A DNA stretch of 64,000 nucleotides from positions 89,654,001 to 89,718,000 of the forward strand of contig NC_087436.1 in assembly GCF_036321535.1 (NCBI RefSeq). Reading direction: 5' to 3'. The first letter of the stretch is position 1. The number at the start of each line of letters is the position of its first letter. The position numbers and the translations under genes were made by a program. The DNA is from Camelus dromedarius. Taxonomy: Eukaryota. Below, in pieces: positions 39,975 to 54,103 of this stretch. Below the pieces are notes generated by a model that saw only the letters and a list, made by a program, of their open reading frames with translations, searched no databases and was not told the origin of the DNA.

Positions 39975-40781
39975 CTTAAAATCACTATAGCATGTTTTGA
40001 GGCACATTTTGAAAAATGACAACAAACGATTCAAATAACTGTCTCCTCTTCATCATATATTTTTCATTTATTTTCTCTAGGTGTGAATTAAACACGTAAA
40101 AAATAAAGATGGGCTTTAGAGATAAGTTTAGAGGTACCTGTTAATTTCTAGGTACCTGGGTGGAACTCTAGCGCATTGCTGGCCTTTTCTGGCCTCAGTT
40201 TCATCACCTGTAGAATAAGGATCTATGAAGATGAATCCCTGATGTATAGTAGGTACTCAATAAACACTAGTTTCCTTCCTACCTAAATGCTTTTCTACTG
40301 TATCCTTTTCTAAGAGACTTTCTCAGTTCATGTTTCTCCCCGTCTACCACACATGCTACATTCTTGCTTGCTGCTTTTTTCTTTTTCCCCACCTTCTCTT
40401 TGCCCACACCAGTTCTTAGGAAAGATTTTGACGTAATTTAAATTCAATTCTGATGATGTTTGTGTTAATTATTTCTAGTAATTGTGAAATATCAAGCAAA
40501 TGGTAATCTGATGAAATGAGAGAGGATATTGGAAGATAAGATACAGCTTCCTGAATCTCCCAAATTTGCCTATACAGCTCAATACCTTTCACTGAATACA
40601 TTCTTAATAAGGAGAAATGGATACTTACAACTAACAATAGATCTTTAAAATAAAGCTAAGAACGCAGTCATTAGGCATGCAGCAGTGGCGTTGATCGATT
40701 TTGTCCAAAGTAGGATTGAAAGGAGGAATGTGCATCATTGTGCAGGATTGGTGCTCAAAGGGTATCATTTAAGCAATGTCC

Positions 40782-41218
40782 TTTTATTTTATTATTTTAT
40801 TTTATTTATTGAAGTACAGTTGATTTACAATGTTGTGTTAGTTTCCAGTGTACAGCAAAGTGATTCAGAGAGTATATATACTCTCTCTATGCATTCTTTT
40901 TCATATTCTTTTCCATTACGGTTTATTATAGGATATTGGATATAGCTCCTTTTGGTATAGAGTAGCGCCATGTTGCCTATCTATTTCATATATAGTAGTT
41001 TGTATCTGCTTATCTAAAACTCCTAATTTACCCTTCCCCACCCCTTTCCCTCTTTGGTTTAACAATAACCAAAGTAAGTCTGTTTCTGTTTTGTAAATAA
41101 GTTCATTTGGCTCATATTTTAGGTTCCACATATGAGTGATAAAGTATGGTATTTGTCTTTCTCTGACTTACTTCACTTAGTATGATAATCTCTAGGTCCA
41201 TCCATGTTGCTGCAAATG
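40782..41218 (-). mobile_element. 5'-truncated L1 3' end
   Basis: (TTTTA)n tail, ATTGAAGTACAGTTGATTTACAATG...CTAGGTCCATCCATGTTGCTGCAAATG. Confidence 0.88.
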
Positions 41219-41859
41219 TAACAGTCTTGAAGGAGGAGTAACTTTTCTAGGAATAGGAAGAAAAGAAAATGTCTCAATTCATTTACTTAAATATATTACT
41301 TTATTCCAACTTGTGTTTCCACCCAGAAACTCTAGTCTGAGAACATTCAGCAGCCTTTGTACTGAAGTCTTAATTGTCTTCAGTTCATAAAAGCTGACTT
41401 TCCACTACCAGCTAATAATTTATAAGTCATGATGCCATTCCTACCTTAAAGATAAATGACTCATCCAGAAAGGAAAAAAAAATATGAAGTTGAATTGTCT
41501 TACAATCATTCCATTGAATTTACTTTATGTTCCAGGAATCTTGAGACCAATATATCTCAAAGAGAACTCATAAAAAATATGGCTAATTTGCTTTATATAT
41601 TTCCACTTAATTTTTTGTTTTTTAAAAGATAGTACCATTTACTTTGGTATTAAAAGACTGATTCAAATTTTAACCAGACGGATAAATAACATATATGACA
41701 GTTTTTGATATTATCATTAGTGGATTTATTGACATGGACAGATAGTCACAATGAATGACAAATACATAAAAGGTTTATAGTAAAATACATATTTATATAT
41801 AGTAGCTACATGCGCATATTATGCTTATATATCATATAAAGTACAATCTTTTTCTGGAA

Positions 41860-42303
41860 GCTTTTACATATATTTAGGTGAGAAAATGTTAAATATAGCA
41901 TTCAGTGAATTTTACAAAGTGATCAACACATCAATGTAATGAACACCCAGTTTAAGATATAAAACATTAATATCAGCCCAGAAGCAACCCTCACAGTCCT
42001 TTCCAGTCATTAACTCCGACAAAGATAACACTATTAAACTATCAAGACTTTTATTACCATAAACTAATTGTGCCTGTTTTGGAAATTTATATAAAGGGAA
42101 TAATACTTTATTTGTGTTTATTTGTTTCTCATTTATTTTACTCAACATAATGTATGTTGTTGAATATAAGAGTGATGTATGCATTATGTATGATTTAGTT
42201 GAACAAATACTCTCCAATGAATATATGCTTCCAATAGTTGTTAATGGATATCTGAGTATTTTTTTCCATGTTTGACTATTAAGAATAGTGGTTCTATATA
42301 CAT
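41860..42303 (-). mobile_element. Old L1ME/MD 3' fragment
   Basis: CAGTGAATTTTACAAAGTGA...ACATTAATATCAGCCCAGAAG...TGCCTGTTTTGGAAATTTATATAAA. Confidence 0.7.
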
Positions 42304-42304
42304 T

Positions 42305-43850
42305 CTTTTTTTATTATATAAGTTTCAGGTGTACAACATTGTAATTTGACATCTGTGTACACTACAAAGTGATCACCACCACAAGTCTAGTTGTAATTCA
42401 GCACCATATAGTTGACTCCCTTCACCCATTTTGACCACTCTCCAACCTTTTTCCTTCTGGCAACTCCTAGTCTATGCTCTGTATCTGTGAATTTATTTTT
42501 GTTATATTTTGTTTATTCTTTCTTTTTTAGATTTCCTATATGAATGAAATCATATTGTATTTGTCTTTCTCTGTGTGACTTATTTCATTTAGCATAATGC
42601 ATTTAGGTCCATCCATGTCATCACAAACAGCAGGATTTTATTCTTTTTTATAGCTTAGTAGTATTCCATAGTGCATACAGATAGATAGATCAATCACATC
42701 TCTCTTTTTTTTTTTTTGCTCATTCATCCATCTATGGGCACTTAAGTTGTTTCCATATCTTGAGCTATTTTTAATAAAGTTGCAATGAACATTGGCATGC
42801 ATGTATCTTTTTGAACTAGTGTCTTCATGTTCTTCAAATGAATACCCAGAAGTGGAATAACTGGATCATATGCCAGTTCTATTCTCATATTTCTGAGGAC
42901 TCTCCATGCTGTTTTTTATAGCAGCTGCAGTAGTTTGCACTCCCACCAACAGTGTAAAGGGCTCCCTTTTCTCCAAGTCCTCTCCAATATTTGTTATTTT
43001 TTTTCTTTTCAATAATAGCCATTCTAACAGGTGTAATGTGACATCTCACTGTGGCTTTGATTTGCATTTCCCTAATAATTAATGATGTTGAACATCTTTA
43101 CATGTGCCTGTTGCCCATCTATTTTTCTTCTCTGGGAAAATGTCTTCTCAGATCCTCTGCCCTTTTTTTTTTTAAACTTGGTTATTTGTTTTTTGTTTTT
43201 GTTGAGTTTTATGAGTTCTTTATATATTTTGGATATTATCTCCTTGGATACATGATTTGCTAATATCTTCTCTCATTGAGTAGATTGTTTTAATAGTGGT
43301 TTTCTTCACTGTACAGAAGATTTTTAGTTTGATGTAGTTCTATTTGTTTATTTTTCTTTTGTTTCCCTTGCATTGGAAATCAAATCCACAAAAACATAGC
43401 TAAGACTGACATCAGTGAAGTTACTACCTATTTTTTCTTCTAGTTATCTTTTTGTTTCAAGTCTGTAATCTATTTTGAGTTAATTTTTATATGTGGTATA
43501 AGATAGTGGTCTAGTATCATTCTTTTGGATATGACTGTCCAGTTTTCCCAGCACCATTTATTGAAAAGACTATCCTGTCTCTAATGTATGTTCCTTGCTT
43601 CTTTGCTGTAAATTAATTGTCTATATATATATATGTGGGTGTATTTCTGGGCTCTCAATTCTGTTCTATTGATCTGTGTGTCCTTATATTAGTACCATAC
43701 TGTTTTGATTACTATAGCTTTGCGGTATAGTTTGAAGTCAGGGCCCATGATACCTTTAGCTTTGTTTTTCTTTCTCAAGGTTGTTTTAACTATTCTGTTT
43801 CTTTTGTAGTTCCATACAAAGTTTAGAATTATTATTCCAGTTCTGTGAAA
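42305..43850 (-). mobile_element. L1 (L1MA9-like/laurasiatherian) 3' 1.5 kb
   Basis: Minus ORFs [19 protein letters not shown] and [17 protein letters not shown] are ORF2 motifs; 3' UTR at 42305-42600. Confidence 0.9.
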
Positions 43851-43854
43851 TAGG

Positions 43855-44030
43855 GCTGAGGTGGTAGGAAGACAATGTGTAAGGATTTGGGAGCTTGGGA
43901 TTCTAATTCTTGCTAGCATGTCCTTTGTCTTGGCAAGTGACCTTGCATATGTGATTCCAAGTTTTTGAGGCCCAATTTCTCCTCATTTTAAAAATAAGAG
44001 TTGAGGGCATTGTATAAAACAAGTAAAATC
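43855..44030 (+). mobile_element. MIR SINE
   Basis: GATTCTAATTCTTG...GTCTTGGCAAGTGACCTT...TTTCTCCTCATTTTAAAAAT. Confidence 0.5.
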
Positions 44031-44902
44031 CCTTATAGAGACTTGTAGCTTCAGTAGCCTATGTTTCGAAGCTTAACTTGAGCTGGCACTGTTAGCTACT
44101 GCTGAGTTAAAGTGTATGTGTCTGTGTGTGTGTGCCTGTATGTCCATGTTGTGTTGTGTATATATGTGGGGGCTCCTGAAGGAAAATTTATCTTTAGAGA
44201 AGACATAATTTTTGGTGTTGAAATTAAATGATTCTTTTGGAATGAGTTTCACTTTGATCTATTTATTTATGTTGGCAGAGCTATCTGAAACATACTAGTG
44301 AGAGGGGGATACTGTTGACTGGGTGTTTGAACAGAAGCCCTATTGCACATTTATCTGTCATCTCTTCTGGCTCTGGGGGAGCCTGAGGCTTCTACCCAGC
44401 CTAATTTCCCTGCAGGGCAAGTCCAAGAGGCTGCCTCTTCCCTTCTTTCTCTCTCTCTCTTTTCACCCTTCGCATTCACTCACATTTTGAAAAATTTTAA
44501 ACACTAATTTCAGAGGGAGTCTACACAATACAGAATTATTGTTTATATTTTCAACCACTTCTATTTCTTAAAGAATTATCATTGCTTCTTTAAATAGGTA
44601 ATTATAGAAATCTCCCTTGTACATCTCACTAGAACTAACAAGGATTTCTAACCTAGTAATTAATTACAGAGGAAAAGAGCATGCACTGCAGGTTTCATCA
44701 CATTCTTTGCAGTTAAGGGATGGTACCTGTATCACTGTTGAAATTCCTTTGGATGGTTATTTCATCTTCCTTTCTCTAGGCCACTTTAGAAATGTCTTCA
44801 TTTAATTCATATTCTGAGCCCACTCATTCTGTACTAAACCTTATATTTAATCTTTGAGTATATTTTACAGCACCCTTCTTTTCCACTGCAATCTTCTGTA
44901 AA

Positions 44903-45260
44903 ATTCATTCATTCATTTCTTTCATATTAAAAATGCATTTATTAAGCACTAGACACTGGGCATTGTTGAAAAGACCAAATGTATGCTTGTTCGTAGAGTC
45001 TAGAGATTAATAAAAACACATAAATAAAGAATTAGACACACATATATATATGTAGTTACAGATTCTGATAAGAGTAACTAAGTAAAAGGGCTGGCTGCTA
45101 GGAAAGAGACTAGCCTAGTTGGGGAATTACTTTGTTTGGGGTCAGGGAGTCAGATAAGGTTACCCCGTAAACTATATTTAAAATAAGACCTGGACGATGA
45201 GAAAAGAAGAGTTAAGTGAAGAGTTTCAGTGGAATGTTCTATGGGGAGAGATGCTGTTTA
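44903..45260 (-). mobile_element. L2 3' end
   Basis: TTCATTCATTCATT...CATTTATTAAGCACTAGACACTG...GGACGATGAGAAAAGA. Confidence 0.6.
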
Positions 45261-45944
45261 AACATTTAGGGCAGGGCCATAATTCATCTCTAGGTCAATT
45301 GGTTGTAATTTTTAGAAAAACACAATGATAGGTCTCAATGGACTTTTTTTTTTTTTTGGTTAAGTACATCAAATGAGGGAATGTGAAAAAGCATCAAAGC
45401 ATAGTTGGTTTACATGGCAATGTAAGATTTTTGAGATTGTGAAGTGAGGAGAAAGAATAAAGGAAAAACGTGGAAGAGAAATACCTGAGGAGGGCCTGAG
45501 GATGAGAGGAGGCACCTATCATTAACAGAGGGCTAGAAGAAGCACAGAGAATGATATATTGAGACATTCCTGATGGAGAAAATACTCATAATTTTGCAGA
45601 CACAGTGATGATTGATGTTGAATGTAAAATTGTTTCTTGCCTTTTGATGTCATTATTCTTTATATATCTATATCTGTATCTATATATCTATATATATTAA
45701 CACCCTATAAAATCTGACAAACACATTAGCCTTAGAATGGAAGAAGTGAGTGTCAACAAGCTTAAGAGCTGGGGCAATCACAGGGGCCACGTAAGAGTGC
45801 AGGCTTAGATTGCCACGTGGATGGAACAGGAGCAACTTAAAGCCCCACTACCAAGTAAACTTTATATTTAATGGGTTGAGCCCTGATGATACTTACAAGG
45901 AAACAGGTGATCTCGGAAACTTGGAGAATTGGGGCTATCTAGAC

Positions 45945-46175
45945 CAGTGGTTCTCAAGTGGGAGTGATTTATTTTTCCTCCAGGGGACATTAGCAATGTT
46001 TGCCAGCAATTTTGGTTATTATCAATTGGGGTAGGGAGTGCTATTGGGATTTGGTAGGTAGAGGCCAGGGAAGCTGCTAAACATCCTCCAATACACAGGA
46101 AAGCCTCCTCCCCGCCCCATCCACACAACAAATGATCTGTTCCAAAATGTCAACAGTGCAGTGGTTGGGACCCTT
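45945..46175. mobile_element. MER20 DNA transposon (opposite orientation to 5826-6038)
   Basis: CAGTGGTTCTCAAG...CCAGGGGACATTAGCAATGT...GTAGAGGCCAGGGAAGCTGCTAAACATCCT...CAAAATGTCAACAGTGC. Confidence 0.88.
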
Positions 46176-46774
46176 AATCTAAGCTAAAGGCATTTTGTCA
46201 TCCTTATTTCCTAGTCTTGTTAAAAATATTGGTTAAAAAATTAGTCATATTGAATTTATATGATCTCTATGTGAAATCACTCTGAGATGCAATTTACTTC
46301 CTACAGTATTTAAACAAAACCATGTATAAACTCACATTATTTTTTAATTCAAAAAATTCTTCCAGTCAGAGCCAAGGTTCTAAAAGATATATCAGTTTGG
46401 TCCTAGTGGGCCTAGACAAGAGAGTGTAGATATTAAATATAATCCATTCTTGCATACAGAATCAATTCAAAATGGCAGTTTCATTGATAGTATAGCCACA
46501 AAGACCATAAGAAATGACATAAGCTGAATTCTCAAGAATGAACATCCATGAGATCTGTGAAGAAGGGCATCGAGGCACATGGTATTTATGCTAAAAAGGT
46601 GGTGGTGTCGTGGGAATACTGGATGAGGGAAAAGAAAAGAAGGGACATTAATGAGGAGTATATAGTGGTACATTTGATGAACTTTGATCAAAGTTCTGCT
46701 AGTATGAATGAAGAAAAATCTGGAACAATGCTGGTGCTCATATATTGTTTCTTTTTAAATTTTTAAATTATTAC

Positions 46775-46860
46775 TTTTTTTAATGGTGGTGCTGGGGGTT
46801 GAATCCAGGACCTTATTCATGCTAAGCATGCACACTACCACTGAGCTATACCTTCCCTCC
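46775..46860 (-). mobile_element. tRNA-Ala-derived SINE (camelid Vic-1-like)
   Basis: Minus strand GGTATAGCTCAGTGGTAGTGTGCATGCTTAGCATGAATAAGGTCCTGGATTCAACCCCCAGCACC plus A-tail; A and B boxes present. Confidence 0.85.
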
Positions 46861-48675
46861 CATGTAACATTTCTTGAGTGGATAAATAAGCAGAGTGGAC
46901 ATGATTTGATGATAAACAGGGCATGGGGCAGTAAAACATCTAAGATGACTCTAGGGTTCCTGAAGTGGAGCTAGATGCATGGCTGTGTCTAGTATCCAGA
47001 CATGAAGGAGCAGATTTGCAAGAAGGACGAGGAAGATTATTTGGGGACCTGGCATTTCAGAGAGAGTCCCAGGTTAGAACTAGAGATAGTGACTTAGACG
47101 TGGACTAGATGGATATTATACTAACATTCCAGCTCTCCCAACAGAAACGTCAAGTTAACCCGCCAATGCTTTCAGGCACAATGACAAGACAATTTAGTCT
47201 TACCTCAGATGTTTTAAAAAGTATCGAATACTAACAGAAACCACTCTCCTTTGAACAGGTGCCTGGGAAATGCAACACACTTGTTATGACAATGCTGCCA
47301 ATACTCACATTTTTAGATTTCCTCTTTAGGAATTACCTAGAAATTTTACAGATCTTCTCTAGGAAAATCATCTTTTCAGAAATGCATTTATATACATGTG
47401 ATTTTTGAAAAATATAAAATAAAAATGACAACAATAACAGCTAATATTGATTGAATACCTACTAGGTGTAGTAAGCACAGTACTAAGGGCTTAGTGAGCA
47501 TTTTCATATTTTGTCTTTATAACCCCCCGATGAACTAAGTAAGTTTAATTAATTATTAAATTATTAAATATTAATTATTTTACAGTGACCTATTTTGTTC
47601 AAACTATAGGATAAAAAGGAAAACTGAATTATGACTCTACCACTCATTTGGAATTTAATCACAAACTACTTTTATTCTTACGTTTTCCAGATTTGTTCCT
47701 CTTGTCTTCTCTAGATAAGATGGTCCTGAGGCAGGTGACTGACTTTTTAACCCCTTCACATCACAGATTCTTGCAGAGTACTTTCTATAGAAGAGACTCA
47801 GCTAAAATTTGGCAGACAGGTGAATCAAGTTAAAATAATTAATATTTTCAAAATTAAGGAAAAATATACATGCACACACACACGCCAAGACATTTGGTAT
47901 ACTGTGAGTTCTTACCATAATAAATTTCTTATAAGTTACCCAAGAACTTTATTTACAAAGATTTGTAACATGATAAATATTAATTATTAAAGTGAATAGC
48001 TTGTTAAATCTGTAATTCCATTAAACGTACAGCTATAAAATATCTTTAGGTCCTCATTTGATTTCAGGCTCCTACTGTCTTGCTTTGTGCTGGATATAAT
48101 AGAGGAAATGATATGGAAATGAATATGATATAATATGAATTATATGATATGATAGAAGAAATAAGATAGCTGGAAATGATAGAGGAGAAAGTGCATCTGC
48201 ACTTTTTTTTCCCATCTGAGAGAGGGGTAGTTATATGAAGATGGAAAGAAAAGAATTATAAGTTAAAATAAAACAAAACAACTCTAATCCCCCCCAAACT
48301 CCAAGATGTATTTCCCTCAGTAATATTTTCTCTGTTGCAAAATTCATGAAAGAGGAGACATGCAATGTACACATTGCCTGAAGAGTCAAGCTGTTTTTTT
48401 TCAATTCTTGAAAATATCTGCAGCCATTTCTATGATCAATCATCAAAATGTGAATCAAGTCTTTTTTAGGTGACGTTGTGAGTATTTGAGGATGAAGTTC
48501 AACAGAGGCGAAAAGCTCTCTAGGAGATAATCTAGTTTGGTATTTATTTTTAGTGGCTATATTAGCTACTCATTACCTGAGCTTTCTAATGTTTGAAAGC
48601 ATGATTAAGAATGTCGTGGAGTCACCTTTCGGAATTGGGTTGTGCTCTATGAATGTCAGTACATACTGACTTTTT

Positions 48676-48772
48676 GGTTTTTTTAAGTGGAGGTACTGGG
48701 GATTGAACCCAGGGCCTCATGCATGTTAAGCTAAGCATGTGCCCTACCACTGAGTTACTCCCCCGAGCCCAG
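48676..48772 (-). mobile_element. tRNA-Ala-derived SINE (Vic-1-like) with TSD
   Basis: Minus strand GGGGAGTAACTCAGTGGTAG...CCTGGGTTCAATCCCCAGTACCTCC plus A-tail; TSD ACTGACTTTTT/ACTGATTTTTT. Confidence 0.88.
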
Positions 48773-50544
48773 ACTGATTTTTTAATCATAGACCCATATT
48801 CAGTCATCTTTTACAGATACTACTACAATTCTGAGTTCTATTTAGGGAAAAGCAATCTAAGTAAATATTAGGGCACATTAGTTAATATACTGTTGACTTT
48901 TTCTATATGATGCTGAGCACAGGGCCCCATTAATTCTTGCTGCTTACGTTTAGTGTGATGCAGGTGACTATAACCTAGTTGATTTTTGAATGTAATATTC
49001 ACTTTCCTTACTGTTATTGATCTTTCATAACTGTAAGAGAGGTTATCTGTGTTTCACAAAGATTGTTTAAGGTATTTATACAATATTGACTACAGCTGAA
49101 AATTGTTCATACAAACTGTCATGAAGATAATTAATTAAAACTATACATATTCAATATATAAAAGTAGTCAGTCATATTACTGCACTATGAAACCAGCAGT
49201 ATTTCTAAGGATTTAATGCATGTTTGATTTGAAGTACAGTCATGAGACATCAGGAAAATCAGATTTGGAATCGCTAGTTAATACTCTTCAAAATGCATTG
49301 TTTCTTAGGGACCGTGGCCAGTATAATTTTAGTATAATATCCTAGAGTCAGACAAAGCCAAGGTGTCACTGAAAATCGAATAGGAACTAATTTTAAGCAT
49401 ACAAAAACCCTGAAAAAAAGAAGCATAGAATAGAGAATTCCATCTACATAGTTCAGATTGTAAAATTCACAATTTAGAAGCATTGCATGAACAATTAAAG
49501 GGCATGTCATATTGGAGCCTTCAGAGACAGATTTGAAGAAAATAAAATGTTTCAAAGAAAGCCAAAGATGTGCAAAACTGGAAAACTAAAGTTGGATGAG
49601 TAGGTGGATGACTCAAGTCTGACAGACTAATTACATTAATGTGTAACTTGAATTTCAGGAATGAGGATTGTAAATCCACACACCTTTGTAACTATGGAAT
49701 CTGTTTAGTGAGCATTTCAGTATTTTCCAGCTTTGTCTGGGGAGAAAAAAGGAAAAGAAAGGAAAGGGAAGGAAACCCACTTCCCTGCTAAACCTTTCTT
49801 TAGTCATTATACAACTTCATTTTTCAGACATGAAAATCTCAGTTTGCTTGGGAAAGTATACTGGCTTCTTTATTGGATAAATGTGTTTTATCAAAGGTTA
49901 ATATGATAAAACAAATCAAACATGCAATATGAGCACTTTTATGTTAAGAGAAAAAATCTGTGTACTTTCTGGTAAATTAAAGTGCTTGTACTGTTTATTT
50001 ATTTTTGTTATATTAGAGTATCTAACTTGTAATTTCAATTTAAAGCCTTTAAGGAAGAAATTAATTATACGTTGAGATTTTAATTTGAAAATAAGAATGT
50101 AAATCTACTGTTTGAGAACAACATGGGAATAATTTTGAAAGTTTCATATTTACTATATTTATGTGTGATTTATTAGGTATGAAAGAAATGCTTAAGAATT
50201 TCTGAGATTTTTGTTAGGTGAGTTTTTTGCCAAACTTTTCCATTTTATGCACATATGGACACAAATGCTCCAGGCATTCAAGATCCCACCCAATCATCCT
50301 GAAGTCCTAGGACATCAACCAGTTTTGTAATCCCTGCACAACACACCAATATGCTTTCATATCTGCATTTAGAATGCTCTCAATGAGATAGCTGAATTAT
50401 GGATAAAAATTGAATATTTAAAATGATACAGGTAGATGAAATGTTTTGGTTAAATGTAGTTACAAATTAGGCAAAATATTAATCAAAAGCCACCTTTAAA
50501 GTGATTGTTAAATGCTCACTGGATTTATAATTAGAGAAAAAGGT

Positions 50545-51548
50545 TGTAAGTTGACTTAAGAAGTTTAATTGTAACTGAGTTGGCATAATAGGGATCAAAA
50601 GTATTTTCTTGCCTGAAACAACTAAAAAACGAGGCAAGCAATGTGAAACAACAGTTGTAAAGAAATTGGGCATTAGGTGACAAAGGACAGTGAGCCCTGA
50701 GATGAGAAACCAGTGAGGTGAGCCCTGTGATTGATTGCTCCAGGTTACTTCCAGGAGAAAGTTTCCAGGCTGTGCATTGGGAAGCACATCCAAGCCTTTT
50801 TCCTGGGTTAAGGAGACACAACTGGGAGTCCAAGGTGACCAAAGCAGCTACATTTTGCAGGGCAGAATACTAGAGAAAAGAATGCTGCCTGGAAGATCTT
50901 GTGGTAGCTCACAGTAAAAAAGAATGCGACAATGAATATATGTTCATGTATAACTGAAAAATTGTGCTCTACACTGGAAATTGACACAACATTGTAAACT
51001 GACTATAACTCAATAAAAAAAAAAAAAAAAAAGTGCTGCCTGGAAGAACAACTGGCGCCCTGAGAGAGACTCCCTGGAGTTTTCAGCTGAGTTCTGATCA
51101 GTGCAAATACGTGCAAAACCTGTTCAAGGCTGAGGAAGTGTCATCTGAAAAGATTAGAGGCAATAATACTTGGAACTCACACAGGGTCGATTACAGTACT
51201 GCTCCCAACAGCCAGAATGGAAAACCTTGCAAATCACAGGGTATGGTGTAGATCACTAAGAAGGTTTTTGCATCAATACTGGGGAAAAATTAGTCCTAGA
51301 CTATACCCTGATTCTGTCAAACAAACTTTAAGCACATCTAAAAGGATCAGACTGCTTCCAAGTTACCTAGTGGCTTCCCATAACAAAGCTCAAGAAGTTT
51401 ATTGGAATACAAATGTATTAAGCATCCTAAAAGTAAAATTTACAATGTCTGGTATCTAATCAAAAATCCCCACGTGTATTTATCAAACATACGGTTTAAA
51501 CATATGCAACTTATTATATGTCAATTGTACTTCAAAAATTATTTTTAA
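50545..51548 (+). mobile_element. Old L1M(D-like) 5' region with a short 3'-end remnant
   Basis: CAAAGGACAGTGAGCCCTGAGA...GAGGTGAGCCCTGTGATTG...GTAAAATTTACAATGTCTGGTATC; ends TTATTATATGTCAATTGTACTTCAA. Confidence 0.55.
50897..51033 (+). mobile_element. Young ~135-bp L1 3' end with pure poly(A) and 14-bp TSD
   Basis: TSD TGCTGCCTGGAAGA at 50883-50896 and 51034-51047; near-identical to 35070-35190. Confidence 0.95.
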
Positions 51549-54103
51549 AGTCTTAAGAGAAATCTGCACTTCTGAATTCATTATTTCAATAAACTCATTA
51601 TTAGTGTTAAAAATCAAAATATTTATGAAAAGTCTTCTCTATAAATAAAAACTCTCAAATGCATTAAAAAGATTGATGCTATCAGATGTAAACCACCCTA
51701 ATTAAAACTCTTGGTTGTGGGATTCAGAAATTTCTACAATTTTAATAACAGTCTCAGTTCATTCTTTTGCACACAAGCTTTGAGAGTCAGGCCTTAAAAT
51801 GGTCAGAAGGTTTAAAAATTTTACCTTTGGCACATAGTCAATTGAGCTTCTTTTAATTCCCCTAATAATGTCATAATTTTAGCTTAAAAGTTTTTCAAAA
51901 AATGAATAATAATTGAATTATTTGGTCAGGAAGATGATAAAATGTATTCAAGGATAAATAAACAAGTAAACTTGCTTGGCATTTTATGCAGTTTTACATG
52001 CTGGAAAAACATCAGAAATAATTACATAAGAAACCCACCTCTGGGGCTCTGTGTGGCAAATATCACTCCATTCCTTCTGGAGTTCCTCTCGATCAGGAAT
52101 CAGGGTGTAGTGGAAAGGAAAATGGCAAGGGGCAGAGAAGATACATGGGCTGACAATTTCATATTTCTGCTTATTAATTTAACACCCTTGAGAAGAACAA
52201 GGGGATCGGGGCTTGCAAGGAGTTTGGGGAGAGATGTTAGTGAAGGATACAGAGAAGTGTCAAGAGAACAGTGAGAGGATGGGATGTCACAGTGTCGAAA
52301 GAGGAGTCTTGACGGTATACGGAGCCCCAACACGTGGTTATTATGGAATTCATTGTGTATGTAGTTGCCTCTTTTCCCACCAAGAAGACCAACTGAATCC
52401 TAAGTACCTTAAAACTTGTAAAGTTCTCATTTCTGAAGTTAATAAAAGAATCCTCATCCTTATGTACATTGTTATTACTTCTATTTTTTTATGAATCTGG
52501 GATGGCAAGAACATACTCTTCAGTGGGATTCTGATGGGTATTAGGGCTCACTTTTCCTCATTGCCAGAGTCTGAACAGGATGTACACCATTTTCCTAAAT
52601 CACTGAGCTATCTCTCAAAGTTCCAATTTTAATTCAGAGAGGTAAGTGGTAGGAGGTGAATTCTGAAATTGTTTACAGATTCTTTCTGTTAAATAGCTGT
52701 TATTGAATATGTAGTAGGGACTTTGCAATCAGGCTAATTCAATGAAGGGTGTTTTCTTCTTCTGAAATGGAATTAAAGCTTGTAAGCATTCATTAATGTA
52801 ATGCATTGTAAAACACTTCACCATTTTTTGGAACATAGTGATCATTTAATAAATATTAGCTATTAGAAATAGTATGGAGGGAACGTGTCATAGCTGAAAC
52901 TCAATAAATTATGAAGCAGAAGACCAAAATACTAATGCCCTAATTATGGAAAATTAGGAAATTCTCTTATCCCATTAAGGGTTTCTTAACCTGTAAAGTG
53001 GATTTAATATAATCTCTGACTAGGAGCTAGATCAGATGGACATGTTAAGGTCCTTTTCAGGACCAGGTTCTATTCTATCAAAAGAGGACCTCAAATAACA
53101 AGATGAAAAGTCCTGAAGGATTACACACATACTTGGAAAATCACATGAAATTAACATTCACAAGGTGCATCTTAAAGGTGTTGATTCTGTTGACGCTGTT
53201 GAGTTGTGATTTGCCGCTTGTTCCCCAAATAATTCATTTTGAATCACTTTTATAATAAGATACAGTCACAACAGAGTCAGACAGAGAGAATGAGCAGGAC
53301 TTTGGTTGTACAAGGAGTTGAAAGAAGGAAAGTAATGAGTTGAGGAGAACCACGAAACAGATTGAGGACCGAGGTTGCTGATCCATTCCTGATTCCAATT
53401 AACCTAATTTGTTTAGAGGCTCAGCAACGCCATATGAATCTAACTGGACAATTAGCAGAGAAGCAACATGAGTTCAGCTCACAAAAGGCTGTTTATCAGC
53501 TGGACATGATGAGGGTTAAGATTCTGCTAATTCTGTGATAAGTGTCAGGTCACGGCTCTGTCTTGCAGAGCTCCCTAAATTGGGAGATACAGAATGTACA
53601 CATTCTGAGATACTGAGTGTAGGGATTGCTGGAGGAATGACCTGCATTTCATTTGGGGTTTTATTAGTAAGTACAACTGCAGCTACTTACAAGTGAATAT
53701 TAATAACATTATCACCTGAGCCCACGAGATTTAGACTATGATTAATTCTTTGCCACATACAGTTCTTAGCAAGGACTCAGTGTTCAACAAATGCTAATGA
53801 AGATGCTTCTTTCACTTTTAAACCTCACCAAGTATTTCCTTAGAGCATATCCATTGCTCTTGCCAAAAGTTCATTTTACCTATTAGGGTAAAAATGTGAT
53901 ATATTCCATTTTAATAGTAGGATTTTTGAAGCCTAGATCTACTATCTTGTTGAAGATAGCATCATTTCCTTCCTGGACAGCCATTAGCTGATGTCTTGTT
54001 TAAAGGTGAAATTCTTTGGTCACTGTCAGAACAAATTGAAATAAAATCGATTTCATATGCTTACTGGTTACTACATTTGAATTTACCATGTCCAAAATTA
54101 TTA

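Noticed and set aside
46775..46860. tRNA-Ala gene (also 48690-48765)
   Set aside because: Degenerate stems, A-rich tails and a TSD on the second copy indicate SINEs, not tRNA genes.
47199..47275. Minus-strand mini-exon ending GAG|GTAAGA
   Set aside because: Weak pyrimidine tract and no other support.
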